A stretch of 64,000 nt of DNA from positions 302,250,001 to 302,314,000 of the forward strand of contig OZ024742.1 in NCBI GenBank assembly GCA_964016885.1. The letters run 5' to 3'. Positions 13,881 through 30,246 of this stretch are shown here, one piece after another (the first letter of the stretch is position 1; every line of letters begins with the position of its first letter). A program made the position numbers and the translations under genes. Below the pieces are notes generated by a model, which was given only the letters and a program-made list of their open reading frames with translations, had not been told where the DNA came from and did not search any database. Origin of the DNA: Eledone cirrhosa (Eukaryota).

Positions 13881-14315
13881 CAATAAATGTAATCTGAGTT
13901 TTTCGAATGTTAATAACATTCGATTCGTTTGCAATTATGCAAACAAGCCTTAATTTTATAGCCATGTCAGTAGAATGAACCCTTCATTCTTGCTCTTGTG
14001 TTCGCATGCCAACACAAGAGCAAGAATGAAGGGTTCATTCTACTGACATGGCTATAAAATTGAGGCTTGTTTGCATAATTGCAAACGAATCGAATGGTGA
14101 ATTGGCAGTATTGGTAGAGGGTCGGACGCCATGCTTTCCAGCATAGTTACGTCCCTTTACGATCTGAGTTCAAATCCCGCCGAGGTTGACTTTGCCTTTC
14201 ATCCTTACCGGGTCGATAAAATAAAGTACCAGTAATGAACTGGGTAATTGCTGGCCTTGTGCCTAAAGTAGAAACAATTATTAATATTCGAAAAACTCAG
14301 ATTACATTTATTATA
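13881..14315. mobile_element. Fold-back element (same family as ~5440-5880) with SINE inserted in the right arm
   Basis: 13881-14003 is the reverse complement of 14011-14094 plus 14279-14313 once the SINE is removed. Confidence 0.75.
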
Positions 14316-15964
14316 TAAATATATATATATATTTATATACTTACATACGGACTACTGACCAAATAATATTTGGTATCAATGGGTTAAAGACATCTGTCAA
14401 ATCAATTAGTGGTGAATATATAGAAAGATAGATACACACACACGCACATACACACAGAGACACACACTCACACACACACACACATATATTGAGTGAGAGT
14501 GAAAGACCAAAAGTCATTATTGAGAGTCTCTGGATTTCGCAAAATGCATAATATTTTTTATTGGAGAAGGTAAGATATTTTTCCGCAAAAATTTGATTGC
14601 ACTGTTTTGTTTCCACTTCTGTATTTTTCGAAAATGTTATTTACTCATTATAAAAATTAAATGATACCATTCTATCTACCAACCAATATTTTTAGACCCA
14701 GTCCGCCACTGTGCATATGTGTATCAGCAAGAGTAACAGCAACATGAGCAACAACAACAAAAACAATATCAACATCAACAATAATGACATCAGCATCATC
14801 AGCATCATCAACATCTACTACAGCAAGACCGACACAGATGAAATAAAAATAAATATAACTAAACCACACTAAGTGTAGGGAAAGTATTGAGTTTGGTCCA
14901 GAATATTAAATCTGACAGTGTACGTTCCAGAATTATGAGGCTATCAACAAAAGAAAAGGAAGAGAACCATCGTTTGCAAATGTATTAATAGAGGAGAAAG
15001 GCCGCTACCCTTCTCCGGGCGAAACAATAATATGTATCTCTCAACTTTTCGTACTGGTCTTATATTTGTGGCGTCGCCTGACGAAAATTTGTATCAGTGA
15101 TGTGCTGCCTAACAGGGACTTGTTAAGACTGATGGCAATGGTGGAGGGATTTTGGGAAGGGATTGACATGAAATCATCCCCTCAAGCAAACAAAATTAGA
15201 ACAATATTGGAGTTCTAAGCAATGGCCAAACCAGAAAATAGGACCAGCATCCCGGACTATTTCCAGTTCGAAGAGCGATACGGGTTATGGTAGAAGGCAG
15301 AAAGCCGAGGTGCTACGTTAAGGGTACAAGTATCTGTGGAATTTTTATGCCTTTGCAGTTTTGTCCGTGGCATGCAGCTGAAACACAGCCCCGCCCTAAA
15401 CATAGAGCCTATCACCCTCTTTCCTTTCTTCCGTGGCCTGATAGTCTTTGCTTTTCCCCTCCCTTTCCTCTCATTTATGGCATTTATAGTCCTTTCCTCT
15501 ATTTTCCTTTACAGTCAGATCTTCCCCCCTTTTTACCACTTCCCCCTCTGTTGATTACTTAATTTTGTTTTCATCTTTTTTTTTCATATTTCCATCATTG
15601 TATTTTGTCTATAAACATATTTGTAAAATCGAAACAAAAACAAAAACAAAAACAAAACAAAAAACGAAACCAAAACAAAACAAAACGAAACAAAAACAAC
15701 AACCAAAAAAACTTAATATCTATCAACGATAAAAATAAATTAATATACTTTGTTACTTGTACATTAATTTCATGAGCTGGTTGTTCTATTAAGCTAACAA
15801 CTAGAACAGTCATCGTAGAAACTGGTGGAAGTCCATTCCATTCTACATGGGCTCATTAAACCAAAAGAAATATTGACAGCAAAATTAATTATATTTTCAC
15901 AAACAAAATAGATGATATAATATTCGGTGTAGTGTAACGTATTATTAATTTAAGGGAGATTTTA

Positions 15965-16455
15965 GATGGTGTGTTTCGATCTGTTAGTCTGTTCGATTAT
16001 CTATGTATCGATGGTGTATTTCGATCTGTTAGTCTGTTCGATTATCTATGTATCGATGAGGTATTTCGATCAGTTGACCTGCTGATTATCTATGTATCGA
16101 TGGTGTATTTCGATCAGTTGATCTGTTCGATTATCTATGTATCGATGATGTATTTCGATCAGTTGATCTGTTTGATTATCTATGTATCGGTGAGGTATTT
16201 CGATCAGTTGATCTGTTCGATTATCTATGTATCGATGATGTATTTCGATCTGTTAACCTGTTCGATTATCTATGTATTGATGGTGTATTTCGATCAGTTG
16301 ACCTGCTGATTATCTATGTATCGATGGTGTATTTCGATCAGTTGATCTGTTCGATTATCTATGTATCGATGATGTATTTCGATCAGTTGATCTGTTCGAT
16401 TATCTATCAACTGATGATGTATATCGATCAGTTGGCTTGCATGATTATCTATGTA
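15965..16455. repeat. 44-bp minisatellite, ~11 copies
   Basis: Unit GTATTTCGATCAGTTGATCTGTTCGATTATCTATGTATCGATGGT-like; period 44 (16061 to 16105). Confidence 0.9.
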
Positions 16456-16881
16456 TGAATGTAACGGGTATGTCCGCTAGAAGGAATTTCAGAAGGACTG
16501 AGATGAAGTCCGTCACCAAAAATGTAGATCTTAATATTGACCCCTATTGAGAAGTATTAGTGTTTGTTATAATTTGGTCCCAATAAAAAAACCTCTGCTT
16601 GTGTGACAGATGGCAGTTTCTCATTTTTTTATATAGCACCTTCTCAATATCTTCTCTCTGTCAGATCATTTGAACGATTTACTCATTGAATTAACGTATA
16701 AAGTGACTGAGTATTCCATAGGCATGTGTACTTTTATCGAAATTCTCAAGTAGAATGAGCGTAACACAGTGAGACCATACTCCTACTTTGAATTACGGGT
16801 ACAATCCACCGGACGGATTTTAATACGGTTTTCATTTACCGACTGTAAGGCAGGTTATCGTATAAGACACACTACATGCAT

Positions 16882-17013
<132 letters not shown>

Positions 17014-17744
17014 TGGAGCTGTTTTTATTTACACTGATGCAGTAACACGGTTGGGAGTTCAATTCTTCTTAAGAGACGGAAGACGGCAATAGTAAACTGT
17101 ATCGATGTGTTGCTTAAAATCACCATTCGAGGGCTACATCTTCAGCAGTTCTTATAACCAACAGAATCATGGTACTCACTGGCAATGTCACCTCTTGGAG
17201 GTTACTTCTCCAGAAGAAGAACAGCCAGCAGAGTCATGGTGCTGTCTGACAATGTCACTACTTGGTGACTACTTCTGTAGCAGTTCTCGTTACAGACAGT
17301 TTTCGTTTACCCACTGTCAACCAGGTTATGGTAAAAGATGCCACAGGACCTCATGGTTGCGAAACGACCGCCTTAACCCCACACCCACACCCACACCCAC
17401 ACACGCACACACAGACACACACAGACACACACACACACACATACACACACATATATATATATCTTGCTGTGTACACATATATAGATATCAAACTATACAC
17501 ATGCACATAGGAGTCCAATCTAACTCTCATATATGTGTAACTTAAATATTTAATTTTTTAAATATTTTGTTTATAGTAACACATAAATGAGTCACAGATT
17601 TATGCATATTCAGATATATTCACTCTATAATGTTTTCATACGCTTTTGTACATATATACACATAAATACTCGTACATATACAGTATACCTAATTGTATAT
17701 AAATACACACGTATATGAGTAGTATCCACAACACATACATATAG

Positions 17745-18075
17745 TATGGTTTGGTCCCGTAACTCCCGACAGAGTCGAAGGAGTGCCGTATTAACACACG
17801 GCGTTTCTTGGGCATTTTAAGCCTGACGGAGCCCACCCCTCTCCAGGCCTGAGTACAGCAGGTTTCTTCCAAAGAAAGATAGAAAGTGAGAAAGAGGAAA
17901 TGAGAAAGATATATAGAGGAAGAATCGATCCCAGTACTAGACTGGTACATTTTTTATCGACCTCGAAAGGATGAAAGGCAAAGTTGACCTCATCGGGATT
18001 TGAACTCAGAGAGCCGTAACGAATACCATAAAGTATTCTATCCGACGTTCTAATGACTCTGTCAATTCGCCGCCT
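17745..18075 (-). mobile_element. SINE variant with different 3' module (second copy 18915-19257)
   Basis: Same tRNA head/core as the main SINE, joined to a shared ~200-bp tail. Confidence 0.7.
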
Positions 18076-19652
18076 TACACATACAAATACAGACACACCA
18101 AAGCACTTGTTTACGTACAAACACACGGCTTTGCAGTTAAACCAACATAACACACACATACATACAGATACACTTATTTATGTATAAACGCACACACGTA
18201 CACGTTCACGTACTCATACCACACAAACATATAGTCATACTTGTTTACATACAAAAACATAGTTATGTACACAGTTATGCCCCCACAGCACTCATACACA
18301 CAGTTTGAGAAAGTGAATGAGACAGCTATCGAGAGAGAGAGAGAGAAGATTACAGAGAAAAAGCAACAACTAAAAAGGTGCAGTTAGAGATAACGATGTA
18401 GTGATATCATCGGACATGGCGTGTGACATTCGTGACACCAACACTCACATATTAACACAATTGGATCCTGTTGTTATTAGTATTATTATCATTATTATTA
18501 CTCAACTATTAAAAACCTGGTTAAGACACTAATACGGAAAAAATAAATTGAAAGAATATCTCTGGAAGAAAGGAAGACTTTTACACCAGAGCCAAATTTT
18601 TGTCAAACGAAGAGTTAACATCAATGTCTCTTTCGTGAATTTACAATTTGAGACCTCCATATTTGATAATGTATTATAGAGGGAATGGAATTTGAACACT
18701 TTTAATCTCTTGGTGCCATCAATGGTGAAGAGAATGTCTTTTGACCGCCTTGAACCAGTATAGTGTTAAAATGAAGTAGAAAGATGGAGGTGAAAAATTG
18801 AATATTACTTGTTAGTTTGGATATAAAGGTGTAAATGGTGATACCGATGAAGTTCTGTACAACCAATCTAGAAGATGACTGTTCGTACCTGATCCGGACA
18901 CTTCAGTGTATGGTATGGTATGGTCCCGTAACTTCTGATAGAGTCGTAGGAACACCGTATTGACATACGGCGTTTCTTGAGCATTTTAAAGCCCGGCGGA
19001 GTCCATCCCTCTCCAGGTCTGAGTACAGCAGATTTTTTCCAGGGAAAGATAGAAAGTGAGAGAGAGAGGAAATTAGAAGGCGATTTAGAGGAAGAATCGA
19101 GCCCAGTACTAGACTGGTACTTTTTTTTTTATCGATCTCGAAAGGATGAAAGGAAAAGTTGACCTCGGCGGGATTTGAACTCAGAGATCAGAGAGCTGGA
19201 ACAAATACCATAAAGCATTCTATCCGATGTTCTAACGACTCTGTCAATTCGCCGCCTATACACTCCAATGTACCTATGGCTAAAGCATAAAACTCAACAG
19301 CCCAGTTCCTTTAGCTGTAGTTAAGTAATTAATACATGCAGCATATATTCCAGTCCTCAGTCATCTGAATTCAAATCCCTTCGAGGTTTAAATTTCATTC
19401 TCTTGGGGTTAATAAATCAAAGTACCAGTTCAGAGATGTGGATTGGTAGAATTGTTATAGCAGCACAAGAGAATACCTACTACTACTGCTGCTGCTGTTA
19501 CTGCTGTTGCTACTGGTGTCTAGTGGTGGGGATGGGGATGATAGTGGTCCTGGGGCAGAAATAACTTCCATTGAAATCAAATTCTTGGGAGAGAACATCT
19601 TTCTGTGCACTACTGTTGCTGCTACTGCTGCTACTGCTGCTGCTGATGATGT

Positions 19653-19719
<67 letters not shown>

Positions 19720-19741
19720 TTCACAACAACAACAACAACAG

Positions 19742-19815
<74 letters not shown>

Positions 19816-20056
19816 GCTACTACTACTACTACTACTGGATAGCAATGTAGCAATGTTTTGTAAAAACTTAAGAAGAGTCAGTGTGGAAATGGTTGAATAA
19901 TTAAAGAACCATAATAGGAAAAAAGTAGAACTGAGAGGCTTTATTGATGGTTTTTATATTCTTGGAGAACAATGAAATATTGAAAGCATACATCTTTATA
20001 TATATCTTCCCCACCCCACACATAGACATACGGGTACGTGTATATATATATATATA

Positions 20057-20741
<685 letters not shown>

Positions 20742-20750
20742 ATATGTATA

Positions 20751-20818
<68 letters not shown>

Positions 20819-21427
20819 CATATAATTATATAAACGTATATAAATATACACACATAGATACGTATATAACGCACTCACACACATACCTACAGGTAAATAC
20901 ACAGGTAAATGACGTATGTTCACTAAACATACGTCAACAAAAAAACACAAAGTACACATATACACACCTTACATACGTGCAAACACGCATACACACACAA
21001 ACACAAAATACACATGTGTATTTACCTGTACGTATGTGAACATATGTGGTTTTACCTGCCGGTATGTATGTGCGTGCGTTATATACGTATTTATGTGTGA
21101 ATATTTCTATACGTTTATATAATTATATGTATACACACACACACACACACATATATATATACCTGCTATATCAAGCATTAACCTAATATATACCTTCCAT
21201 TGGAGACGCAGGACATGGCAGCGATAATGAGGGACAGAGACCGCTGGAGATAACTCGTCCATGCATCTCGGGAATTTTACCCGCCCTAGAATATATATAT
21301 ATATATATATATTAAAATAACAGATTAAAGTTTAAGCAAAGAATCGCTGCTTTCACCCTTAACGGGATCTTCTTTGGATTTTAGTCTTCAAATTTATTAT
21401 TATTACTATATATATATATATATAAAT

Positions 21428-21610
21428 AAGTGGTTACACAACAGTTAGTTCACCATACCGAGAACAATTGTTTCACCTTAGCGGATCCGATAAGGTGAAA
21501 CAATTGTTCTCGGTATGGTGAATTAACTGTTGTGTAACCACTTCTACCTAACTCGTTCCATGGACTGAGTGCTCTACCTCTACAGATATTACCTTCCAGT
21601 GACCTACCAC
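21428..21610 (+). mobile_element. Short fold-back element in (TA)n
   Basis: Hairpin 21428-21543 centred on CCTTAGCGGATCCGATAAGG followed by GAAA-CAATTG-TT; tail ACTC..CTGAGTGC. Confidence 0.75.
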
Positions 21611-22454
21611 TATATATATATAGTAATAATTGTTTCTACTTTTGGCACAAGGCCAGCAATTAACCAGTGTATTACTGGTACTTTATTTTATCGACCCCGT
21701 AAGGATGAAAGGCAAAGTCAACTTCGGCGGGATTTGAACTCAGAATGGCAAGCGCCGTAACTCTTTGCTGCAAAGCATGGCGTCCGACCCTCTACCGATA
21801 CTGCCAATCCACCGCCCATATATATAGTAATAATAATAAATTTGAAGACTAAAATCCAAAGAGGGCTCGATAAGAATAAATATATATCAAATATATAAGA
21901 ACCGTAGAGAAAATATTTATTAAAATAACAGATTAAAGTTTAAGCAAAGCGATTCTTTGCTTAAACATTAATCTGTTATTTTAATAAATAAATATATATC
22001 TAGCAGTTCGTCCCTCAGAGGCCACTGGTTCACTGCCCTTAAACACGCTGTGACATCTCTCTCCCACGTGTAGTTGGACGGCCGCTTTAAAAATTCTCTT
22101 AGTGTTGTCTGAAATGTATAGCCTAATACACGCTGATGAACCTGGGTTATTTCATTTCCGTCAACAACTACTGGCGAAACAGATCACTTTGGATTTGTAC
22201 GTGCGTTACATAGTTATAGAGGTATTTATTTATGCTTTAATTTATATTTTTAATTATCGTGTCTATATTCTGCCTTTCATAGGTTATAGATTCCATACAC
22301 TAGTGGTTTTTCCCTGTTTTATTGATGGCGCACTGTATCTCTCTCTAGTGTGTTACCTTTTCAACATATTGTATTTTAAAGCGCCCAGGATTTCTTCTCC
22401 TTTGAGCACATTATTTACAGGGAACGGCGAGAGTCTATGGCTCCGTTGATGTAT

Positions 22455-22530
<76 letters not shown>

Positions 22531-23199
22531 TATGTGTATTTGGTGTATACGTTCGTATGTGTGCGCGTACAGGTGTCGCGTGGGTTTATGTATGTGTGCG
22601 CGTGTTTATGTGTACATGCTTGTATATGTATGCATGGCGGGTGTTTTCGCGTATGCATGTGCATGTACGTATATGGATGCGTGTATGTATATATTTAATT
22701 ATTATTGTTTTCAATAACCTCTGTCATTTTTGTTCTACTAATTTATTTACTTTATTCTTAACTCTGAAGCCGAGAATCACTCAGTTTCCCAAATAGAATA
22801 TTAGTCTACGACTTCATTTATACCATAAACGTGCTTTTGTCTTTGCGTGTAATTGTTCTCACCGCTCCACATAATTGTTTTTATTTTAGGCACAAGGCCA
22901 GCAATTACCCAGTACATTACTGGTACTTTATTTTATCGACCCCGTAAGGATGAAAGGCAAAGTTAACCTTGGCCGGATTTGAACCGCTCCACATAATGAC
23001 GTATTATCTTCTCTTTTTTGTCCGTTTATTGCCAGGGAACGTCGTCACGAACCAAAGTATCGTCTTCCTGTTTTCCTTCGGTTGCAACGTTTTTCGAAAT
23101 ATATACTTCTGCGTTCACAGATTGATTTTCTTAGTTTTAGAAGATCCCGTTAAAGGTGAAAGCAGCGATTCTTTGCTTAAACTTTAATCTGTTATTTTA

Positions 23200-24210
<1,011 letters not shown>

Positions 24211-24223
24211 TATATATATATAC

Positions 24224-24480
24224 GAAGGCACGTGGCTTAGTGGTTAGAGTGTTGAGCTCACGATCGGATCTGGCGATGTGTCTTAGGCAAGGCTCTTTAT
24301 TTCACGTTAGTCCAGTCCACTCTGCTGGAAAAAGATTAGTTGCGACGAATCGGCCTTTCCCTTTACCTTGGACGGCATCAGTAAAATAGGGAGACTGGAA
24401 TGCATGAGCGACTGCTGGTCTTCCCCAAAAAGCATATTGCTCGGGCGTGTGTCTCGGTGGGGAACTTTCTAGGTGTAAAT
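24224..24480 (+). mobile_element. Second tRNA-derived SINE family (related fragments ~37500-37560, 61140-61350, 61570-61700)
   Basis: A box GTGGCTTAGTGG; central GTGTCTTAGGCAAG..CTTTATTTCAC block. Confidence 0.6.
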
Positions 24481-25826
24481 AATGATATATTTATGATGAT
24501 GACGATGAGAAGGATGAAAACAAGGATAGCTGACAGTGTAAAGAAAAGTCGTACAGGATTTAGGACAAATGAGGTTCTGTGATAGTTAAGTTATGAGGCC
24601 CCTAACATTTGAAAAAGTCATCGCAAAACATTTTTTGTCAGGGAGAGGGGCCCTGTACTTGAGCACACCTAAGCAGATGGTAAATCTGGCACTGTAAATA
24701 AGCACCAGCATCATCATTTTCGTCATCGTCATCCTCGTCGTCTTTGTCATCGCACACACATGTACGATTGTTTCTGTACACTTTGCCAAGTGACCCTTTT
24801 AATTATATCACCAATACCTTTAAGAAAACTAACTCTAGCATTTAGAAGCAAAGAAATAACAATCTGACTAAATAGATAAAACTTTCGTTTTATGTGAATC
24901 ATACATTTAAGGTCATAAAATAATTTTTCCCCATTTCAGATTTAAGTCTAGAAAAAGTGAAACAACAGACTCTATAAAAAATATTTTGAATTCCATTATT
25001 TGTAACATTAAATCCGGTCACGTCTCCTCCATTATAGAATAATAAATTATCTTATCAAGCGGTCCAATAATATGTGCATCATATTTCGCCGCTTATAAGA
25101 CGCTCCGATGCATTAGACACATCCCAATCTAGAGGTTAATAATAACAAAATATTAAATAAATAAGAAATGAGTAATACCAATGAATATTTACTCCACTGA
25201 AATTTAACCTTATTTCAGCTTGAAAACCTCCCTAATTTTGACGAATTCTTCTCAAACCAGGATGGAACACTAAATTTAAATAAAATAGTTGTAATTTTGG
25301 ATAAAGAAATAAAGTTTGATTTATGGGAAGATTAAAACGTAGAATAGGCCTAGTGATTACCTGCTAAATACCTTATGTTTGTTTGAAATATCACTCCAAT
25401 GTTATAACTTCAAACGTAGACCTTTTACTTATAGAACGCAGAGTGGTTTTCAGAGGTGAAAATGCACCTAATGAGCCGCAAAATATGGTAACGATCACAT
25501 TTGTAAATGAATGTAACTTGATGTAGTAGAGTCGTAATGTCTATAACCAAATCCATTCTCCAGAAAAATTTCGAATTCGATAGAGGTTCTATTGGAATTT
25601 GTGATTTTGATATTAACATTATTATGCATGTTAGATAACCCTTAATACTTTACGATAATTCTTTTTGTGTTTACACGTTGTTAGGTTTTGTTTGATGTAA
25701 TAAAGAAGTCTAGATGTGGTCTACTAAATGCCATGTGCCAAAAATTCTAATTTAATTGAAGTTGCCCTATAAAGAAGGAATGGATACAAAGAAATAATTT
25801 AAGTTCCATTACAGAATTTATATGCA

Positions 25827-25951
<125 letters not shown>

Positions 25952-26478
25952 TATATATATACTACTAATAGCGTCTTTGACTTTCGATGTATTAAAACAG
26001 TTCGATCACATATTCAGGAATTCAGGATCGATGATATTGAAATCAGAACAGTTTGGCTTCTAAACGATTTCCCGCATCTCTTGCACTGCATTCAATGGAC
26101 TGATGTGTGTCATGTAAAGGCCGATGGGTTTAATTGTGTTTTTATGTCAAATAAAATTCAAAGAGGTAAAAGGCCTTTGGATTTTATTTGATTTTCTGCA
26201 TTGCATTAAATTCTTCTTTTTTATAACTATATTTTAAAGCTATTTTAGCATTTTTTTTGTTTCTTAAGGAGAATATAATTATAGCAAAATCTCGAAACGT
26301 TCTCCCTATCACCTCAATACTTCCCTGTTGTAGACATAGATTATTTGTATTATTTTGTTTAGTTTCTGCCATTTAAATTAATTTCAGCTGAATGCAGCAA
26401 ACTCAGTTATAGTCACAGCTTTCAACATCACATACATGAAAGGCGAGCTGCTGTCTATTTATAACGTGTGTGTGAGTG

Positions 26479-26534
<56 letters not shown>

Positions 26535-26591
26535 CATATAAATATATATGTATATTTATATATATATATAAACACACACACACACGCACAC

Positions 26592-26671
<80 letters not shown>

Positions 26672-26747
26672 ATATAAATATATATATGTATATTTTTATA
26701 TATATATATAAACACACACACACACGCACACATTTATATATATATAT

Positions 26748-26952
26748 AGTTTTAATATAGATGAGATTCTACAGGACTAGAACTGTTTCATTCTTTAGAA
26801 ATCATCAGGAAGCAGTGTGAGATTCCTGATGATTTCTAAAGAATGAAACAGTTCTAGTCCTGTAGAATCTCATCTATATTAAAACTTTTATACTCTGCAA
26901 TGTATTGAGTACCTTACTTACTGTGGTTACCTCCGATTCAACCCGGAATAAC

Positions 26953-26953
<1 letters not shown>
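26748..26953 (+). mobile_element. Fold-back element with head-to-head hammerheads in (TA)n
   Basis: 26748-26811 is the reverse complement of 26823-26886; tail ACTC..TATTGAGTAC. Confidence 0.8.
26818..26872 (+). ncRNA. Type I hammerhead ribozyme
   Basis: TGAGATTC-CTGATGA-T-TTC(TAAA)GAA-T-GAAA-CAG(TTCTAGTC)CTG-TA-GAATCTCA; 8-bp stem I, GUA cleavage triplet. Confidence 0.85.
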
Positions 26954-27000
<47 letters not shown>

Positions 27001-28358
27001 ATATATATATATACATATATATAAATATAAACATGTATATATATATACATACACATACGCATATGTATATGTAAATGTATATGTTTGAGTGTGTCTGTGT
27101 GCTTATTTTATAGGTTTGTGTAATAAACGCACTGTTTACACAATCAAAATAATATTTGTTAATAGTAGCGACTGTTTATTTGGAAGTTTCACCGAAACCG
27201 GTAGAGGGTCGGACGCCATGCTTTGCCGCATAGAGTTATGGCCCTTTTACGTTCTGAGTTCGAATTCCGCTGAGGTTAACTTTGCCTTTCATCCTTACGG
27301 GGTCCATAAAATAAAGCACCAGTAATACACAGGGGTAATTGTTGACCTTGTGCCAAAAGTAGAAACAATTATTATTAACAAATATTATGTTTTGCAGCAT
27401 ATAGTTATGACCCTTTACGTTCTAAGTTCAAATCCCGCCGAGGTTAATTTTTGCCTTTCATCCTAACGGGGTCGATAAAATAAAGCACCAGTAATGCACT
27501 GGGGTCGATTTAATCGACTTTCCTCTCCCCACCAAATTACTGGCCTTGTGCCTAAAGTAGAAATCATTAATATATATCGGTAGAACGTCAGTAATACACT
27601 GAGATAATTGCTGGCCTTGTGCCAAAAGTAGAAAAATTATTACTGTAAATTATTACTGTTAATGTTTATTTTTTGTTGTGGACACAGCATGGCCGAATGG
27701 TTACGAAGTTCGTTTCACAATCATTAGACCTCGGGTTCGATTCCACTGCTTTACATCTTGGGTAAATATCGTTTACCATAGCTTCGGGTTGACCCATACC
27801 TTGTAACTGAAATTAGGTTGACGGAAACGGCCTGGAAGCCTATCGATTGGGCTGTACCTGTAATTCAAAGGGCCAGCCTTGTCACACACTGTGTCAAACT
27901 GTTCTGTTTATCGAACAACTGAAACGTTCATCGTTGAATCCGACAGAGGTCCATTTCAATTCTAAAATTGATACAACTCAACCTGAATATTTCACTTGAG
28001 TTCTTAATTCCGCTTGACATAAATAACGACCGGTATAAGATATGTCTATAGCCAGAATAATAGAACTATTTATCCTCTGTTGAAGCGATAAAAATCATTG
28101 AAACGTGCTCAGGTAAACTCTTATATGTTTTTCTGTGTAGCGATGGAATAATAGAAAGTGTGTTACATCTCATTCTTTTCACAGCGGAGCTTCTAAATAC
28201 ATACACGCACACACGCACGCACACACACACAAACGCGCGCGCACATACACACACACACACACACGTATATATAAACTGAACTCTCATGGGACTTTGATTC
28301 TATGAAAAGTTTACATTTTTGTATTCACATTTATAGGGACTTACACAAATACACACAT

Positions 28359-28406
<48 letters not shown>

Positions 28407-28408
<2 letters not shown>

Positions 28409-29926
28409 GGTGCGTTCAATGAGTTGTGAGAAAATATATGAAAATATTTATTTCATTAACAAACAAAAGCACACAACTATAACAAAGTCATATGCGTATT
28501 ATTTTTCAATATATACGCTGTTAACTTTGCCTTTCATCCTTACAGGGTCGATAAAATAAAGTACCAGTAATGTACTGTGTAATTGCTGGCCTTGTGCCAA
28601 AAGTAGAAACAATTATTTTTCAATATATAAGGGGCGGTGGATTGGCAGTATCGGTAGAGGGTCGGACGCCATGCTTTGACGCATAGAGTTACGGCCCTTG
28701 CCATTCTGAGTTCAAATCCCGCCGAGGTTAACTTTGCCTTTCATCCTTATGGGGTCGATAAAATAAAGTACTAGTAATGCACTGGATAATTGCTGGCCTT
28801 GTGCCAAAAGTAGAAACAATTATTTTTCAATATATGAACCATTTTGATCGGCAATTTTTTCTATCAGTATACCAGTTCATCAGACGCACTTTTGAAGAAA
28901 TCGGCCCCTGATTACTAAGGAAATCAGTAACCTCTGAATGGAGGTTATACTGACTTGCAAAATCTTTACCACACAAATATTTCTCCAGTAATAGTCACTG
29001 GGATCCAAACCAAGGCTGTACGGAAGATGTTTAATCAACTCCAAGCCAATGTGAAGAATTCGCTGCATTGTTTGAGCATTTTTGTGAATTGGTGTGTCAT
29101 CCTGCAGAAGCGAAATTGGAACATTTCTCTTCTTACTCCCTGTTTTTCTCTAATTAATAGTAATTAGAATTTACTGAGACACCTCTATATGCAAAATCAA
29201 TTTGCACAACGCCCTGGCAATCCTAGAAAACTATGAGCATCCATGTACGTTGGTGACTTGTTCCATATCTCAATTGTCTTGATGCAGTTTCACCTAAAAA
29301 TTTCCATTCCTTAGAGTATCGTTTTGATCCAGGAAGTGGAGTTTCATCAATGGAGACAATATTTTCAATAAATTTTGAACCATACTCATTCAGAATGTTG
29401 AAGTTGCTTTTACATTCCCGATGTCGATTGTCACACATTTCACATGTCAAAACTTTGGCACGAATCTTGAACACAGCTTTCGAATTCCACAATATCCCAA
29501 AATGTGATTAACTTGTCCGACGTTGATGAAAAGAAAACTCTCGGATTGTAATTTTTCACCCAGGAAGGGTCGCCTCTTCTTCAATTTCAATTGCTCTGCT
29601 CCACGTTTCATCATAAAAACAAAACAAAAAACATAGACGTTCTTCCAGCTTTAGAATATCCAACCCAACAGTAAATTGTTGTGTGCTTGTTGAAGCGCCT
29701 CGATTATTTCTTTTGGCGATTGCTGACTCAGCATCAGAAATTTATTAACGCTGCGATATTCCATATTATGTACCATTTTTTAAAACCACGAACTGAAAAA
29801 ATTGTGAACAAAATTGAGGAATTAATAAGAAAGCCGTTTTTTTTATCTATAAGGCTTTAAGGAAAATTTTTTTTAAATTTGGCATTTTTTCCATATATTT
29901 TCTCATTATTTATTGAACACACCATA
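28407..29926 (-). mobile_element. Decayed mariner transposon with SINE insertions
   Basis: TIRs TATGGTGCGTTCAAT.. / ..ATTGAACACACCATA; remnants IVSIDET and PYSLGLDPSDYY (YSPDLAPSDY-like). Confidence 0.85.
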
Positions 29927-30117
29927 TAGACACATTCGATTCTGCATATATGCACAGATACACATACATTCATATACATGCACCTATGCATACCTACCTA
30001 CCTACTTACATACATAAATACATACATGTATACAGCCATATATCCATACATATGCATACATATGCATAACATACGTACAAGCCCCCATATATATATACAC
30101 ATATATATATCAGCATC

Positions 30118-30187
<70 letters not shown>

Positions 30188-30203
30188 CATACACAAATAC
30201 ATT

Positions 30204-30246
<43 letters not shown>

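Larger units (their letters stand above)
9701..14711. mobile_element. Non-autonomous hAT-type DNA transposon hosting nested PLE, palindrome and SINE
   Basis: 14-bp TIRs CAGTGGCGGACTGG (9701) / CCAGTCCGCCACTG (14698-14711); 8-bp TSD TGTATATG / TGCATATG. Confidence 0.8.

Noticed and set aside
14095-14190. tRNA genes suggested by A/B boxes
   Set aside because: These are SINE heads that continue into SINE core and tail; no cloverleaf
15965-16455. 44-bp array as CRISPR or tandem ribozyme array
   Set aside because: No unique spacers; no CTGANGA..GAAA core in the repeat unit
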